From an uncultured Bacteroidaceae bacterium (GTDB lineage: Bacteria > Bacteroidota > Bacteroidia > Bacteroidales > GCA-2748055), in the NCBI GenBank assembly GCA_964406495.1, contig CAYOSB010000002.1, positions 5,044-69,043 of the forward strand: DNA of 64,000 nucleotides. The letters run 5' to 3'. Shown here piece after piece: positions 1-8,948 of the stretch (positions are counted from its first letter, which is position 1; each line of letters starts with the position of its first letter). The notes beneath the pieces were generated by a model. It did not search any database. It was not told the origin of the DNA and saw only the letters and a program-made list of their open reading frames with translations. The position numbers and the translations under genes are program-made.

Positions 1-354
1 CAGGTCGGGGTAATCATAGAAAAAAATCTCATTCGTATAGCACCCGGTGGTGGTAGCCTGTAGACCGGTAAAAATAGCTGTCCTGGAGGGGGCACAGTAG
101 ACTCCCGGGGCATGGGCGTTGGTAAACATAACGCCTGTTTCCGCTAACCGGTCGAGATTCGGGGTGATCGCCTGGTGATAACCCAGCGGATTGATCCAGT
201 CATTCAGGTCATCAAGTACAAAAAAGATAATGTTGGGTTGTTCCGCCATCTGATCCTGCTCCCGGTTACCGGAACAGGCTTGAATGCTGAGCGCAATGGT
301 AAAAATCACCAGCAGCTGAATAACATTAGGGATTGTTGTTTTGTAGATTAGCAT
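1..354 (-). CDS. Sulfatase, N-terminal part only (3' end lies outside the window)
   Basis: My own minus-strand translation from the ATG at 354 gives MLIYKTTIPNVIQLLVIFTIALSIQACSGN...PNIIFFVLDDLNDW...GVYCAPSRTAIFTGL. It has a lipoprotein-like signal, a DD metal-binding motif and the C-x-P-S-R formylglycine signature. The frame stays open to position 1. The ORF is absent from the supplied track because it is truncated. Confidence 0.85.
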   Translation of the reverse strand, partial: MLIYKTTIPNVIQLLVIFTIALSIQACSGNREQDQMAEQPNIIFFVLDDLNDWINPLGYHQAITPNLDRLAETGVMFTNAHAPGVYCAPSRTAIFTGLQATTTGCYTNEIFFYDYPDL

Positions 355-369
355 AGGTGTGTTGTTAGA

Positions 370-1290
370 TTAAAAAACGTCCAGTTCAAACTCCACATAA
401 ATGGGATTGTGATCCGACGGATACACCCCATCCACGTTGTAATCTACCTCCTCGTAGCGCAGCACCTCCACGGGTCCTTTATAGAGTATCCAGTCAATTT
501 CGTTGTGTTCCCCGGAGGTATCATACAGTTGATTGCTGTCTTCGGCATCGTCTTCTCCAACCAGGACCTTATATGGGGGTGACCCCGGACGGCAATTGAA
601 ATCGCCCATCAGGAAAACAGGCCGCTCGGGGGTCCATTCCCCAAACCGGCTGAGTGCATTGATCCGGTCCAGGATGAGTTTGGATGCATTCAGCCGGGCC
701 AGCGCCTCGTTGCGGCTGTTGAAGTAATGGGTATTAAATACGTAAAATTCACGGGTATGCTCCCAATGTCCCCTGTAATCCTCAGGATAAGGTCCCCGCT
801 TTCCTTCTGCAGGAATGTTAAGCAGTGCAAGCCTTACCCACGTAACCATGCGCGGGTTTACCTCTGGTCCGCTTCCAATAATCTCAGGGGTCTTCGACAG
901 TTGAAAACTATGCAATTCGCGCAACCGGAACTTATCACGCTTGAAGAAGATCGCCATATGTTCATCATCGTCACCTCCTTGTCTGCCCTCTCCCACTACG
1001 ACATATTCCGGGAGATGTTCCTGCAGGTAATCGACCTGTTCCTTCAACCCTTCCTGGGTTCCAATGATATCCGGATCATACCGGCGGATCAAATCGAGTT
1101 GCATTTCTCTCCTGACTTCCCAGGCAGGTTCGAAAGTAGGACTGGCAAATTTCAAGTTGTAGGTCATCAACGTGAGCACCGTGGGATCCGCAGTGGCATC
1201 TTTGCCCTGAGCTGGTAATGCATTCGTCGCCAGCGACATGATCATGATCAGCAGGAGTGTTCTTTTTATCTTGAATGCTGTTTGGTTCAT
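370..1290 (-). CDS. Secreted endonuclease/exonuclease/phosphatase (EEP) family protein
   Basis: The 316 aa ORF carries EEP hallmarks: LTLMTYNLKF near the N-terminus, DPDIIGTQEG, GDFN, and SDHNPIYVEFELD at the C-terminus. The start is more likely the second Met (1290), which gives signal peptide MNQTAFKIKRTLLLIMIMSLATNALPAQG. The alternative start is 1320. Confidence 0.85.
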   Translation of the reverse strand: MNQTAFKIKRTLLLIMIMSLATNALPAQGKDATADPTVLTLMTYNLKFASPTFEPAWEVRREMQLDLIRRYDPDIIGTQEGLKEQVDYLQEHLPEYVVVGEGRQGGDDDEHMAIFFKRDKFRLRELHSFQLSKTPEIIGSGPEVNPRMVTWVRLALLNIPAEGKRGPYPEDYRGHWEHTREFYVFNTHYFNSRNEALARLNASKLILDRINALSRFGEWTPERPVFLMGDFNCRPGSPPYKVLVGEDDAEDSNQLYDTSGEHNEIDWILYKGPVEVLRYEEVDYNVDGVYPSDHNPIYVEFELDVF

Positions 1291-1487
1291 AGTGAAAATC
1301 TTTATTTTGAATTTATTCATTGATCATTTTTCAGGCTGTAATCGCTTATGCAGACCATAATTTATGATTCATTGGAATAATAATCTCTTAATATGTGATT
1401 AACAGTTGGATGTTCTCAGGATGAACTCCAAATTAAAATCAATATCATCGGGCACTATTCCCGCGTTGTACTTCCTGGTGACAGTTG

Positions 1488-3047
1488 CTAATTTGCACTG
1501 ATAAAATCTATCTGTGGCCAGGGCTGGTCAGCGGCATCATTCGTCTGCGGTGCACCCGACGTACTGCGCCCCTCTGTGATATACTGCACCAGCAGAACCC
1601 TGAGTTCATTCACGATATCCGGGTATTCCGATTGCGAGTTCACCGTTTCCCCGGGATCATTGCGCAGGTTATACAATTGCACTGGCGGGAGCGTTTCAAG
1701 TACATCATCGTTTCTACCCGGACGCGGATAACTCCAACCACCGGAACCGGGACACATGATCAATTTCCAGTCCCCTTTCCTGATCGCAAACTCTCCTCGT
1801 ATGGAATGGTGTACCGTAGCTTCCCTGAAAGGTGCTTCGGATTCCATCCCTTCAAACAGGGATAGCAGACTGTAACTGTCCTCTCCCTCTGAATCATCCA
1901 GTGCAGTGCCGGCAATTTCCGCACAGGTGGCCATCAGGTCGGTGGTGCAGATGACTTCATCGGATACCGTGCCCGCTTCAATTTTTTCAGGCCACCGGGC
2001 GATGAATGGGACCCTGTGTCCCCCTTCAAAAATGTCTGCTTTATGACCGCGGTAGATATAGCTTGGATGGTGCCCTTTTTCTGCGAGCAATTCAAAATCA
2101 GCTTCGGGCGAGCAACCATTGTCACTGGTGAAAATCACCAGGGTATTCTTATCGATGCCCGCATCTTCGATCGACTGTAATAACTGACCCATATAATGGT
2201 CCACCATCATCACGAAATCCCCGTAAGGATTCAGCCCGCTCTTCCCCTGCCATTCAGCAGTGGGCAAAATCGGCGTATGCGGGGAAGGAAGTGCCAGGTA
2301 TAAGAAGAAAGGCTGCTGTTCCCTGGCACGCGATTGCACATAAGAAATGGACTTCCGGAAAAAATTCGGGGTCACATCCTCATGGACAAAGTCCGGGGCA
2401 GTCAATCCTTTCCTCCACCAGGTATATTTACCCTTGTCAACTGTAACAGTATCGGGCACAGCTGTTGGTATTTCATTCTCCACATACACATAGGGAGGCA
2501 TGTCTAACGATCCTGAATGACCATATGCATATGAAAATCCAAGGTCGTTGGGTGAATGTGAAATGAGTGCTGAGAAATCTATCGGCTTGCTTTTATTCCC
2601 GGCATCAGAGGCTCCTGCATCCCTATGTGCCCAATTCCATCCAAGGTGCCATTTGCCGATAAATGCAGTATGGTACCCCTGGTCCTGCAGTATCGATGCG
2701 ACCGTACTTCTGTCGAGTGGGATCAGGGCCTCTGACCTTCCGTTCAGCACGCCTCTTTTCAGCCGTGACCGCCAGTTATACCGACCTGTCAGGAGGCCAT
2801 ACCGGGTAGGAGTGCAAACAGAAGAGGATGTATGTGCATCAGTGAACCGCATCCCCTCCTTTGCCATCTGGTCGATGTTGGGTGTGGGAATCTTGCCATT
2901 TGTATTAAATGATGAAATGTCACCATATCCAAGATCATCGGCCAGGACCACAATAATGTTTGGAGGTGAAGCGGCACCAGGTCCTGTGTTGCACCCCGAA
3001 AGCAGCAATGCAAGAAATAATCCTGTCAGCAGCGAAATTTTTTTCAT
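1488..3047 (-). CDS. Arylsulfatase (Cys-type, family S1)
   Basis: 519 aa. Lipoprotein signal LLLSGCN. Motifs PNIIVVLADDLGYGD, SSSVCTPTRYGLLTGRYNWRS and GKWHLG. Confidence 0.95.
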   Translation of the reverse strand: MKKISLLTGLFLALLLSGCNTGPGAASPPNIIVVLADDLGYGDISSFNTNGKIPTPNIDQMAKEGMRFTDAHTSSSVCTPTRYGLLTGRYNWRSRLKRGVLNGRSEALIPLDRSTVASILQDQGYHTAFIGKWHLGWNWAHRDAGASDAGNKSKPIDFSALISHSPNDLGFSYAYGHSGSLDMPPYVYVENEIPTAVPDTVTVDKGKYTWWRKGLTAPDFVHEDVTPNFFRKSISYVQSRAREQQPFFLYLALPSPHTPILPTAEWQGKSGLNPYGDFVMMVDHYMGQLLQSIEDAGIDKNTLVIFTSDNGCSPEADFELLAEKGHHPSYIYRGHKADIFEGGHRVPFIARWPEKIEAGTVSDEVICTTDLMATCAEIAGTALDDSEGEDSYSLLSLFEGMESEAPFREATVHHSIRGEFAIRKGDWKLIMCPGSGGWSYPRPGRNDDVLETLPPVQLYNLRNDPGETVNSQSEYPDIVNELRVLLVQYITEGRSTSGAPQTNDAADQPWPQIDFISAN

Positions 3048-3326
3048 AATACCATTAGTTGATTTGAACTGTTAAAAGTTGTACCATCTGATTGTTGGAT
3101 GATCTCCCTCCGGCATTATCCCGTAAAAGATCAAAGCCGTAAAAAATTCAATATACCACAAAGTGAATAATCATTGATTAAAAATTAATTAAATTTTCAC
3201 CTGTTGATTCAATAAATAATTGTTTCTTTTACTTATGTGATTTCACTTATTAAAATTACCAATTTAAAAGTAACCTGGATGAAATCCTCTCCAATATTCT
3301 CAGGTATTTATTTGAAACAAAGACTA

Positions 3327-4469
3327 ATGAACATGAAAAAGATCATTTCCATCTTGCTGTTGATCGTCGTTTTTACCATCGTCAGCACCAGCCAGTCCGC
3401 AATGCAGCCAGAGGAGGAATTGGCAAACAAGTACCAGGAACCTGTTAAGATTGGTGTGGCAGGGTTGTCACACTCGCACGTGGTTCCGCTCCTCAGGAAC
3501 CTTGAGCGCACTGATATTCAGATTGTCGGCATTGCTGAACCTGACCGGGACCTTGCGCAGCGATACGCGGAGCGGTTCGGGTTTGACATGTCAATGGTAT
3601 ACGATTCACTGGAAAAGATGCTCGATGCAACCCAACCTGAAGGGGTACTCACCTTCACTTCCATCTACGATCATTTAAAGGTAGTTGAGACCTGTGCGCC
3701 CCGGGGGATCCACGTGATGGTGGAAAAGCCGCTTGCCGTTTCCGTTGCCCACGCGGAACAGATCTCCGCGCTTGCTGATCAACACGATATCATGGTCCTG
3801 ACCAACTACGAAACATCATGGTATCCTTCGGTGCACCTGGGAAAGAAAATGATCAACGACGGCGACCTGGGTGTGTTGAGAAAGGTCATCGTTTACGATG
3901 GTCACTCCGGACCGAAGGAAATAGGCGTGAACCAGGAATTTCTCGACTGGCTCACAGATCCCGTGCTCAATGGCGGGGGAGCAGTGATGGACTTTGGCTG
4001 CTACGGGGCGGATCTGATCACCTGGATACTTGAAGGAGAAAAACCTTTGAGTGTTTCTGCAAGTCTGAAGCAGTATAAACCTGGGGTATATCCCAAAGTG
4101 GACGATGATGCCACCATCATTTTATCCTACCCGGATATGGAAGGGGTGATCCATGCATCCTGGAACTGGCCCTTCAGCCGGAAGGATATGCACATCTATG
4201 GCTCCACCGGCTATGTATTTCAGGATGATCCGGAAACGATCAGGTACCGCCTGGAGCGAAAATCAAAAGAACAGGTAAAAAAAGTCGCAGCAACAACAAT
4301 TCCTTATAACGATCCATTTACCTGGTTTTCAGATATAATCCGCGGTAAAGCAACCGTTCAACCGACAGGCCTGGCATCATTAGAGATCAACAAGATCGTC
4401 GTTGAGATTCTTGAGGCAGCAAAAGAAAGCAGTAAAACAGGTGAGAAAGTGTATCTCAACCTGCAATAA
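3327..4469 (+). CDS. Secreted Gfo/Idh/MocA-family NAD(P) oxidoreductase
   Basis: The ORF track begins at 3237, but the ATG at 3327 gives a clean signal peptide, MNMKKIISILLLIVVFTIVSTSQS. A Rossmann start KIGVAGLSHSHV and the motif MVEKPLA are typical of the GFO/IDH/MocA family. Confidence 0.85.
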   Translation: MNMKKIISILLLIVVFTIVSTSQSAMQPEEELANKYQEPVKIGVAGLSHSHVVPLLRNLERTDIQIVGIAEPDRDLAQRYAERFGFDMSMVYDSLEKMLDATQPEGVLTFTSIYDHLKVVETCAPRGIHVMVEKPLAVSVAHAEQISALADQHDIMVLTNYETSWYPSVHLGKKMINDGDLGVLRKVIVYDGHSGPKEIGVNQEFLDWLTDPVLNGGGAVMDFGCYGADLITWILEGEKPLSVSASLKQYKPGVYPKVDDDATIILSYPDMEGVIHASWNWPFSRKDMHIYGSTGYVFQDDPETIRYRLERKSKEQVKKVAATTIPYNDPFTWFSDIIRGKATVQPTGLASLEINKIVVEILEAAKESSKTGEKVYLNLQ

Positions 4470-4703
4470 TTTATTTTATGGCCATGTGTCAAACCCTGGT
4501 TTATTGGACCAGAAATTCCTGGTTAATGGGTAGTAAATTACTTGCAAAAATCCCTTTCACCGCATAATCATTTGGAAGGCATGTAATTTATAATTTTCAC
4601 CAGCGTAAATGACCTTTAAAAGGTCCAATCATGAAACAAGGATCAATGACTTGCGGTATTTACAGCTTTTCCTGTATTGCGCTATTTTATTAGTTTAAAA
4701 TAT

Positions 4704-4711
4704 TATATTTG
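4704..4711 (+). promoter_or_regulatory. Candidate Bacteroidota -7 promoter box (TATATTTG, matches TAnnTTTG)
   Basis: Exact match to the TAnnTTTG consensus, 27 nt upstream of the ATG at 4738, in an AT-rich intergenic region. There is no transcript evidence. Confidence 0.3.
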
Positions 4712-4737
4712 AACAAGGAACTCACTACTACTATTGA

Positions 4738-7272
4738 ATGAACAGGAAGCGCATCATATTGGTGATCTTAACAATGTCATTTTTCTGTCATTCAATTAGT
4801 TATTCACAAAAATCCGGGTTGCAGTTCTCCGGCCACGAAGTCCCGCTTGATAAAAGAACAGGATTGAATTTAACACCTGATCAACCCATTCGATTTGGTT
4901 CTGTTGCAAAACTAACATTTGAACTTAAGTTCGAACCCGACCGTCATTCCTATTTTGGATACATTTTCAGGGCTATTCTTGATGACAAAAATATCGACTT
5001 GATCTATACTACGATCCCTGTCGAAGGAAATAACTTTCACCTGGTGATCGGAGAAAATATCAGCAATATATCATTCTCATTTCCGCTTGATGAAATAACA
5101 ACCCAATGGGTTCCTTTTGAACTCACCATTAATAAGAAGTCAGATCAGATCGAATTAAAAGTAGGGGATAATGCTTTCCAGGATGAATTTTCATCCAGTA
5201 GTCGAAGATCGAAGCTTCTGATATTTTTCGGTGCGCACAGCTACGATCAATTCACATCTACGGATCTGCCAAATATGAATATCCGGGATATTGAATTTTT
5301 TGATAGTGGAAAAAGAAAATACCACTGGCCCCTGAATCAGTATGAAGGTAACAGGGTAAATGAAGTAATCGCAAATTTTAACGGGCAGGTACAAAATCCC
5401 TTCTGGCTGAGAAGTTTCCATCAAATATGGAAATTGACTGATGAGATCTATTTCCAGGGGGAGATTAAGTATGCTTATGATGCAATCAACAACGAGATCC
5501 GGATAATTCAGGAAGATTCAATGTATGCTTATCGCATAGGAAGCAAGCGATTGCGTTCATTTTCTCCGGGACATGATTTCTCTCCGGACGACCTGTACCA
5601 GCTGATCTATGACAGCAAAGACAACAGTTTCATATATTACTCCCTGGACCGGAATATAAAGTGTCTGCTTTCCGCACCCTCCTCCTGCGAAGAGGGTATA
5701 AATCAAAACCTTGGTCAACCAAAACACTGGCATCACAGCAGGATTGTAAATCCTGAGAATGGTGTACTGTACACTTTTGGGGGGTATGGACAGCTTACCT
5801 ATAAAAACAAGGTATTCTCTTTTAATGATTCTGCCGGGCAGTGGACGCCTGTCTCCTACGAAGGGACGTTTTATCCGCGATACCTGGCTGGATTGGGGTA
5901 CCATGAGAAAAACAAAAAAGCATATATCCTGGGAGGGTATGGCAGCAAGCAGGGCAAGCAAGCCATCAACCCGGGGTATTATTTTGACCTTCTGACCTAT
6001 TCATTTGAGGAAAACCGGTTTGAAACCCTCACAGAATTCTCAGATCATAGCAATGATTTCTGCTTCTCCAATTCCCTGCACATAGACACAGCTTCAAATA
6101 CTTTATATGGACTGAAGTTTTCAAAATATGAAGCGACCCCACAGGTACAAGCTGTAGCGGTATCACTGGATGATTATGAAATGACCGAGGTGGGAAATAC
6201 CTTTAGTTTTCCTTTTCTTGACATCAATTCAACAATTGATTTATTCTATGACAGTCTAAACAATCAACTTGTATCTGTCAACACCTTTTATGAAAATGGC
6301 AGGACAAAATTAACCATACATCAAATTGCCTATCCACCCATTTCAGAAACCGCCAGGATTGAAACTTATGAGCAAAGTTATCTCACTTGGATTATTCTTG
6401 CTGTATTGATCATCATCCTGGTAGCGGTATATTTCATCATCAGAAAACAAAAGAAAAAGAAAATAACTGGCAACGACTCAATTGTACATGAATATGTTTT
6501 AGATGAGAATGGTACGGAAATAATAAAACTCGTTGATGCTGAGCCCAAACCCGGATCGGTCATTATATTTGGTGGCTTTCAGATTATCGATGCAAAGGGA
6601 AAAGATATTACCTCCTCCTTCACCCCACTGCTCAAAGGATTGTTCTTGTATATCATGATCGCTTCCCTGCGGCACGGTAAGGGAGTTTCATCGAAATCAA
6701 TCGATGAGGTATTCTGGCTTGATAAATCAAAGCAGTCGGCACGCAATAACCGGTCGGTAAACATTTTAAAATTAAAAACGCTGCTCCAGAATGTCGGTGA
6801 CTGCGAAATTTCCAAAGATACAGGATACTGGAAATTCACTTTTAATCCTTCATCAGTATTCATTGACTTTTATGAATACCTGCAGATTATCAGGAAAGGG
6901 AGGCTTAAATCGAAAGAAGACATGATTAATCTCTTGAAGATTATTCACCGGGGTCCTGCTTTGCAAAATATAAATGCAGACTGGCTTGATGATTTTAAAT
7001 CTGAATTATCAAACGAGATCATTGATAATGTGCTGGAATTTATACATCAGCAAGAAGATAAGATAGAACCTGAGTACATCATCCAGATCACGAACTGCAT
7101 ATTTTTCTTTGATATGATCAATGAAGAAGCGATGATCTACAAATGCAAGATGCTCGTGAAGCTCGGTAAACATAGCCTTGCCAAAAATGCATACGAAAAA
7201 TTTGTCAGGGAATTCAAGGTGCTGTATGACGAAGATTATGACAAAAGTTTTTCTGATGTCCTGAAATCGTAG
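4738..7272 (+). CDS. Single-pass membrane transcriptional regulator: extracytoplasmic LamG-like plus Kelch-like sensor region, TM helix, cytoplasmic SARP-like winged-helix plus BTAD domain
   Basis: 844 aa.
- Signal peptide: MNRKRIILVILTMSFFCHSISYSQ.
- Kelch-like GG motifs: LYTFGGYGQ, AYILGGYGS.
- TM segment: LTWIILAVLIIILVAVYFII, followed by RKQKKKK.
- C-terminal pattern: FGGFQIIDAKGKDIT...LLKGLFLYIMI...GVSSKSIDEVFWLD...ARNNRSVNILKLKTLL...GYWKF...IDFYEY, then IHRGPAL...DW and a helical BTAD-like tail. This matches the OmpR/SARP wHTH plus BTAD layout. Confidence 0.7.
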   Translation: MNRKRIILVILTMSFFCHSISYSQKSGLQFSGHEVPLDKRTGLNLTPDQPIRFGSVAKLTFELKFEPDRHSYFGYIFRAILDDKNIDLIYTTIPVEGNNFHLVIGENISNISFSFPLDEITTQWVPFELTINKKSDQIELKVGDNAFQDEFSSSSRRSKLLIFFGAHSYDQFTSTDLPNMNIRDIEFFDSGKRKYHWPLNQYEGNRVNEVIANFNGQVQNPFWLRSFHQIWKLTDEIYFQGEIKYAYDAINNEIRIIQEDSMYAYRIGSKRLRSFSPGHDFSPDDLYQLIYDSKDNSFIYYSLDRNIKCLLSAPSSCEEGINQNLGQPKHWHHSRIVNPENGVLYTFGGYGQLTYKNKVFSFNDSAGQWTPVSYEGTFYPRYLAGLGYHEKNKKAYILGGYGSKQGKQAINPGYYFDLLTYSFEENRFETLTEFSDHSNDFCFSNSLHIDTASNTLYGLKFSKYEATPQVQAVAVSLDDYEMTEVGNTFSFPFLDINSTIDLFYDSLNNQLVSVNTFYENGRTKLTIHQIAYPPISETARIETYEQSYLTWIILAVLIIILVAVYFIIRKQKKKKITGNDSIVHEYVLDENGTEIIKLVDAEPKPGSVIIFGGFQIIDAKGKDITSSFTPLLKGLFLYIMIASLRHGKGVSSKSIDEVFWLDKSKQSARNNRSVNILKLKTLLQNVGDCEISKDTGYWKFTFNPSSVFIDFYEYLQIIRKGRLKSKEDMINLLKIIHRGPALQNINADWLDDFKSELSNEIIDNVLEFIHQQEDKIEPEYIIQITNCIFFFDMINEEAMIYKCKMLVKLGKHSLAKNAYEKFVREFKVLYDEDYDKSFSDVLKS

Positions 7273-7315
7273 CATCAATAACCTTCTTCGCGTTAGGGTC
7301 CGGGTTTATCCTGGT

Positions 7316-8893
7316 CTAATCGTCCCAGTGCCTGGCTATGATCTCCAGGACTTCCTTATTGCCTTTATCCGTATCTCCAAGGAGCTCGCGTTGCCTGGTG
7401 ATCTCTTCTTTCAGTCCTTTGATCACCTCCTGGTATTCGGGATCATCATATGCATTTCGTAGTTCTTTGGGGTCTTTTTGCAGGTCGAAAAAGTCCCAGT
7501 ACCGGACCTGACCATCCGCCGCCGTCTCTTTTTCCTTGAATCCATTCCCGTAAAAAAATGCCAGTTTGTACCGTTTCCCCCTGATCCCGAAATGCGCCGG
7601 TCTGTTTGCTTGGTGCTGCCAGTAACGGTAATAACCGTATTCCCGCCAATCAGCGGGCGTGTTCCCTTTCAGGTTTTCCCGGAAACTATGTCCCTGCATG
7701 GAAGACGGGTACTCCACGCCCGCATAATCGGCAAACAATGCTGAGAAATCCACATTCTCAATAATATCCGAATTACGCGTTCCCGGAGGGATCTCTTTCG
7801 GGTACCTGATTACAAAGGGCATGTGAATGGATTCTTCGTAGATCATGCGTTTATCAAACCATCCGTGTTCCCCCAGGAAATATCCCTGGTCTGCGGTATA
7901 GATCACAATCGTGTTTTCTTCCAGCCCGGAGGTTTCAAGGTAGCCGAGCAGTTTCCCGATATTATCGTCAATGACAGCCCCGCAGCGCATGAAATCTTTT
8001 ACAAATTTCTGATAGGTCTTCAGGCGGGCTGCATCATGACTCAGGCCTGCCACCGAGAAGGGCAATTCAGGATAGTGCATAAAACCACGTTTCTCTTCTG
8101 GCTTCGCATGTGAAGCAAACAGGTAACGTTCCTTCAAATTGTCGATGGATTGGCCCTCAAAAGACCTGCCCGTGGTGGTGGCGCCTGAATCATAAAAGGA
8201 TACCGGCACCGGGATTTCCTCTTCCCTGTACAAGTGACTGAACCGCTCCGGGTAATCGAAGGGTTCATGGGTTGCCTTAAAATGACAGAAAGCCAAAAAA
8301 GGCTTCGATGTATCGCGGTTCTCAATCCAATCGATCGTCTTGTCCGTAATCACATCCGTACTGAACCCTTTGTACTCTCTGCCCCCTTTGAGGTAGTGTC
8401 CCCAATTCTCTTTTGTCTTGAGCACTGGATCGTGGTAACGGCCCTGGCCGGGCAATACGCAATAATAGTCAAAACCGGTAGGTTCGGTTTGCAGGTGCCA
8501 TTTGCCGATCACAGCGGTCTGGTACCCTGCTTTTGACAATAATTTGGCAACATGGAAATGCCCGGGTGTAAATCCTGCACCCAGTGTTTTGACACCGTTC
8601 ACGTGACTGTATTGCCCGGTAAGAATGGTCGCCCGGCTGGGCGTGCAGATGGAGTTTGAGACCAGGCAGTTTTCGAGCACACAACCTTCCTCTGCCAGTT
8701 GTCGGATGTGGGGCGTATGCACGTAATCTTCAAGGATCCCTCCATAGATCCCCCAGGCCTGAGAGGTATGATCATCTGACATGATAAAGAGGATATTGGG
8801 CCGGACCTCTTCTTTTTCGCTACTGCAGCCGGAAAAAAAAGCAAAACCGGCAATAAGAATGAAAACCGTCGGAATCAATTGAATTTTCTGCAT
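7316..8893 (-). CDS. Sulfatase (Cys-type); paralog of 34331-35986
   Basis: 525 aa. Lipoprotein signal AFFSGCSS. Motifs PNILFIMSDDH, SNSICTPSRATILTGQYSHVNG and GKWHLQ. C-terminal block NRPAHFGIRGKRYKLAFFYG. Confidence 0.95.
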   Translation of the reverse strand: MQKIQLIPTVFILIAGFAFFSGCSSEKEEVRPNILFIMSDDHTSQAWGIYGGILEDYVHTPHIRQLAEEGCVLENCLVSNSICTPSRATILTGQYSHVNGVKTLGAGFTPGHFHVAKLLSKAGYQTAVIGKWHLQTEPTGFDYYCVLPGQGRYHDPVLKTKENWGHYLKGGREYKGFSTDVITDKTIDWIENRDTSKPFLAFCHFKATHEPFDYPERFSHLYREEEIPVPVSFYDSGATTTGRSFEGQSIDNLKERYLFASHAKPEEKRGFMHYPELPFSVAGLSHDAARLKTYQKFVKDFMRCGAVIDDNIGKLLGYLETSGLEENTIVIYTADQGYFLGEHGWFDKRMIYEESIHMPFVIRYPKEIPPGTRNSDIIENVDFSALFADYAGVEYPSSMQGHSFRENLKGNTPADWREYGYYRYWQHQANRPAHFGIRGKRYKLAFFYGNGFKEKETAADGQVRYWDFFDLQKDPKELRNAYDDPEYQEVIKGLKEEITRQRELLGDTDKGNKEVLEIIARHWDD

Positions 8894-8948
8894 CAGTATT
8901 GGTATTTACTTATTAGTTGAATTTTATATTTAAAACAATCCTGCAACA

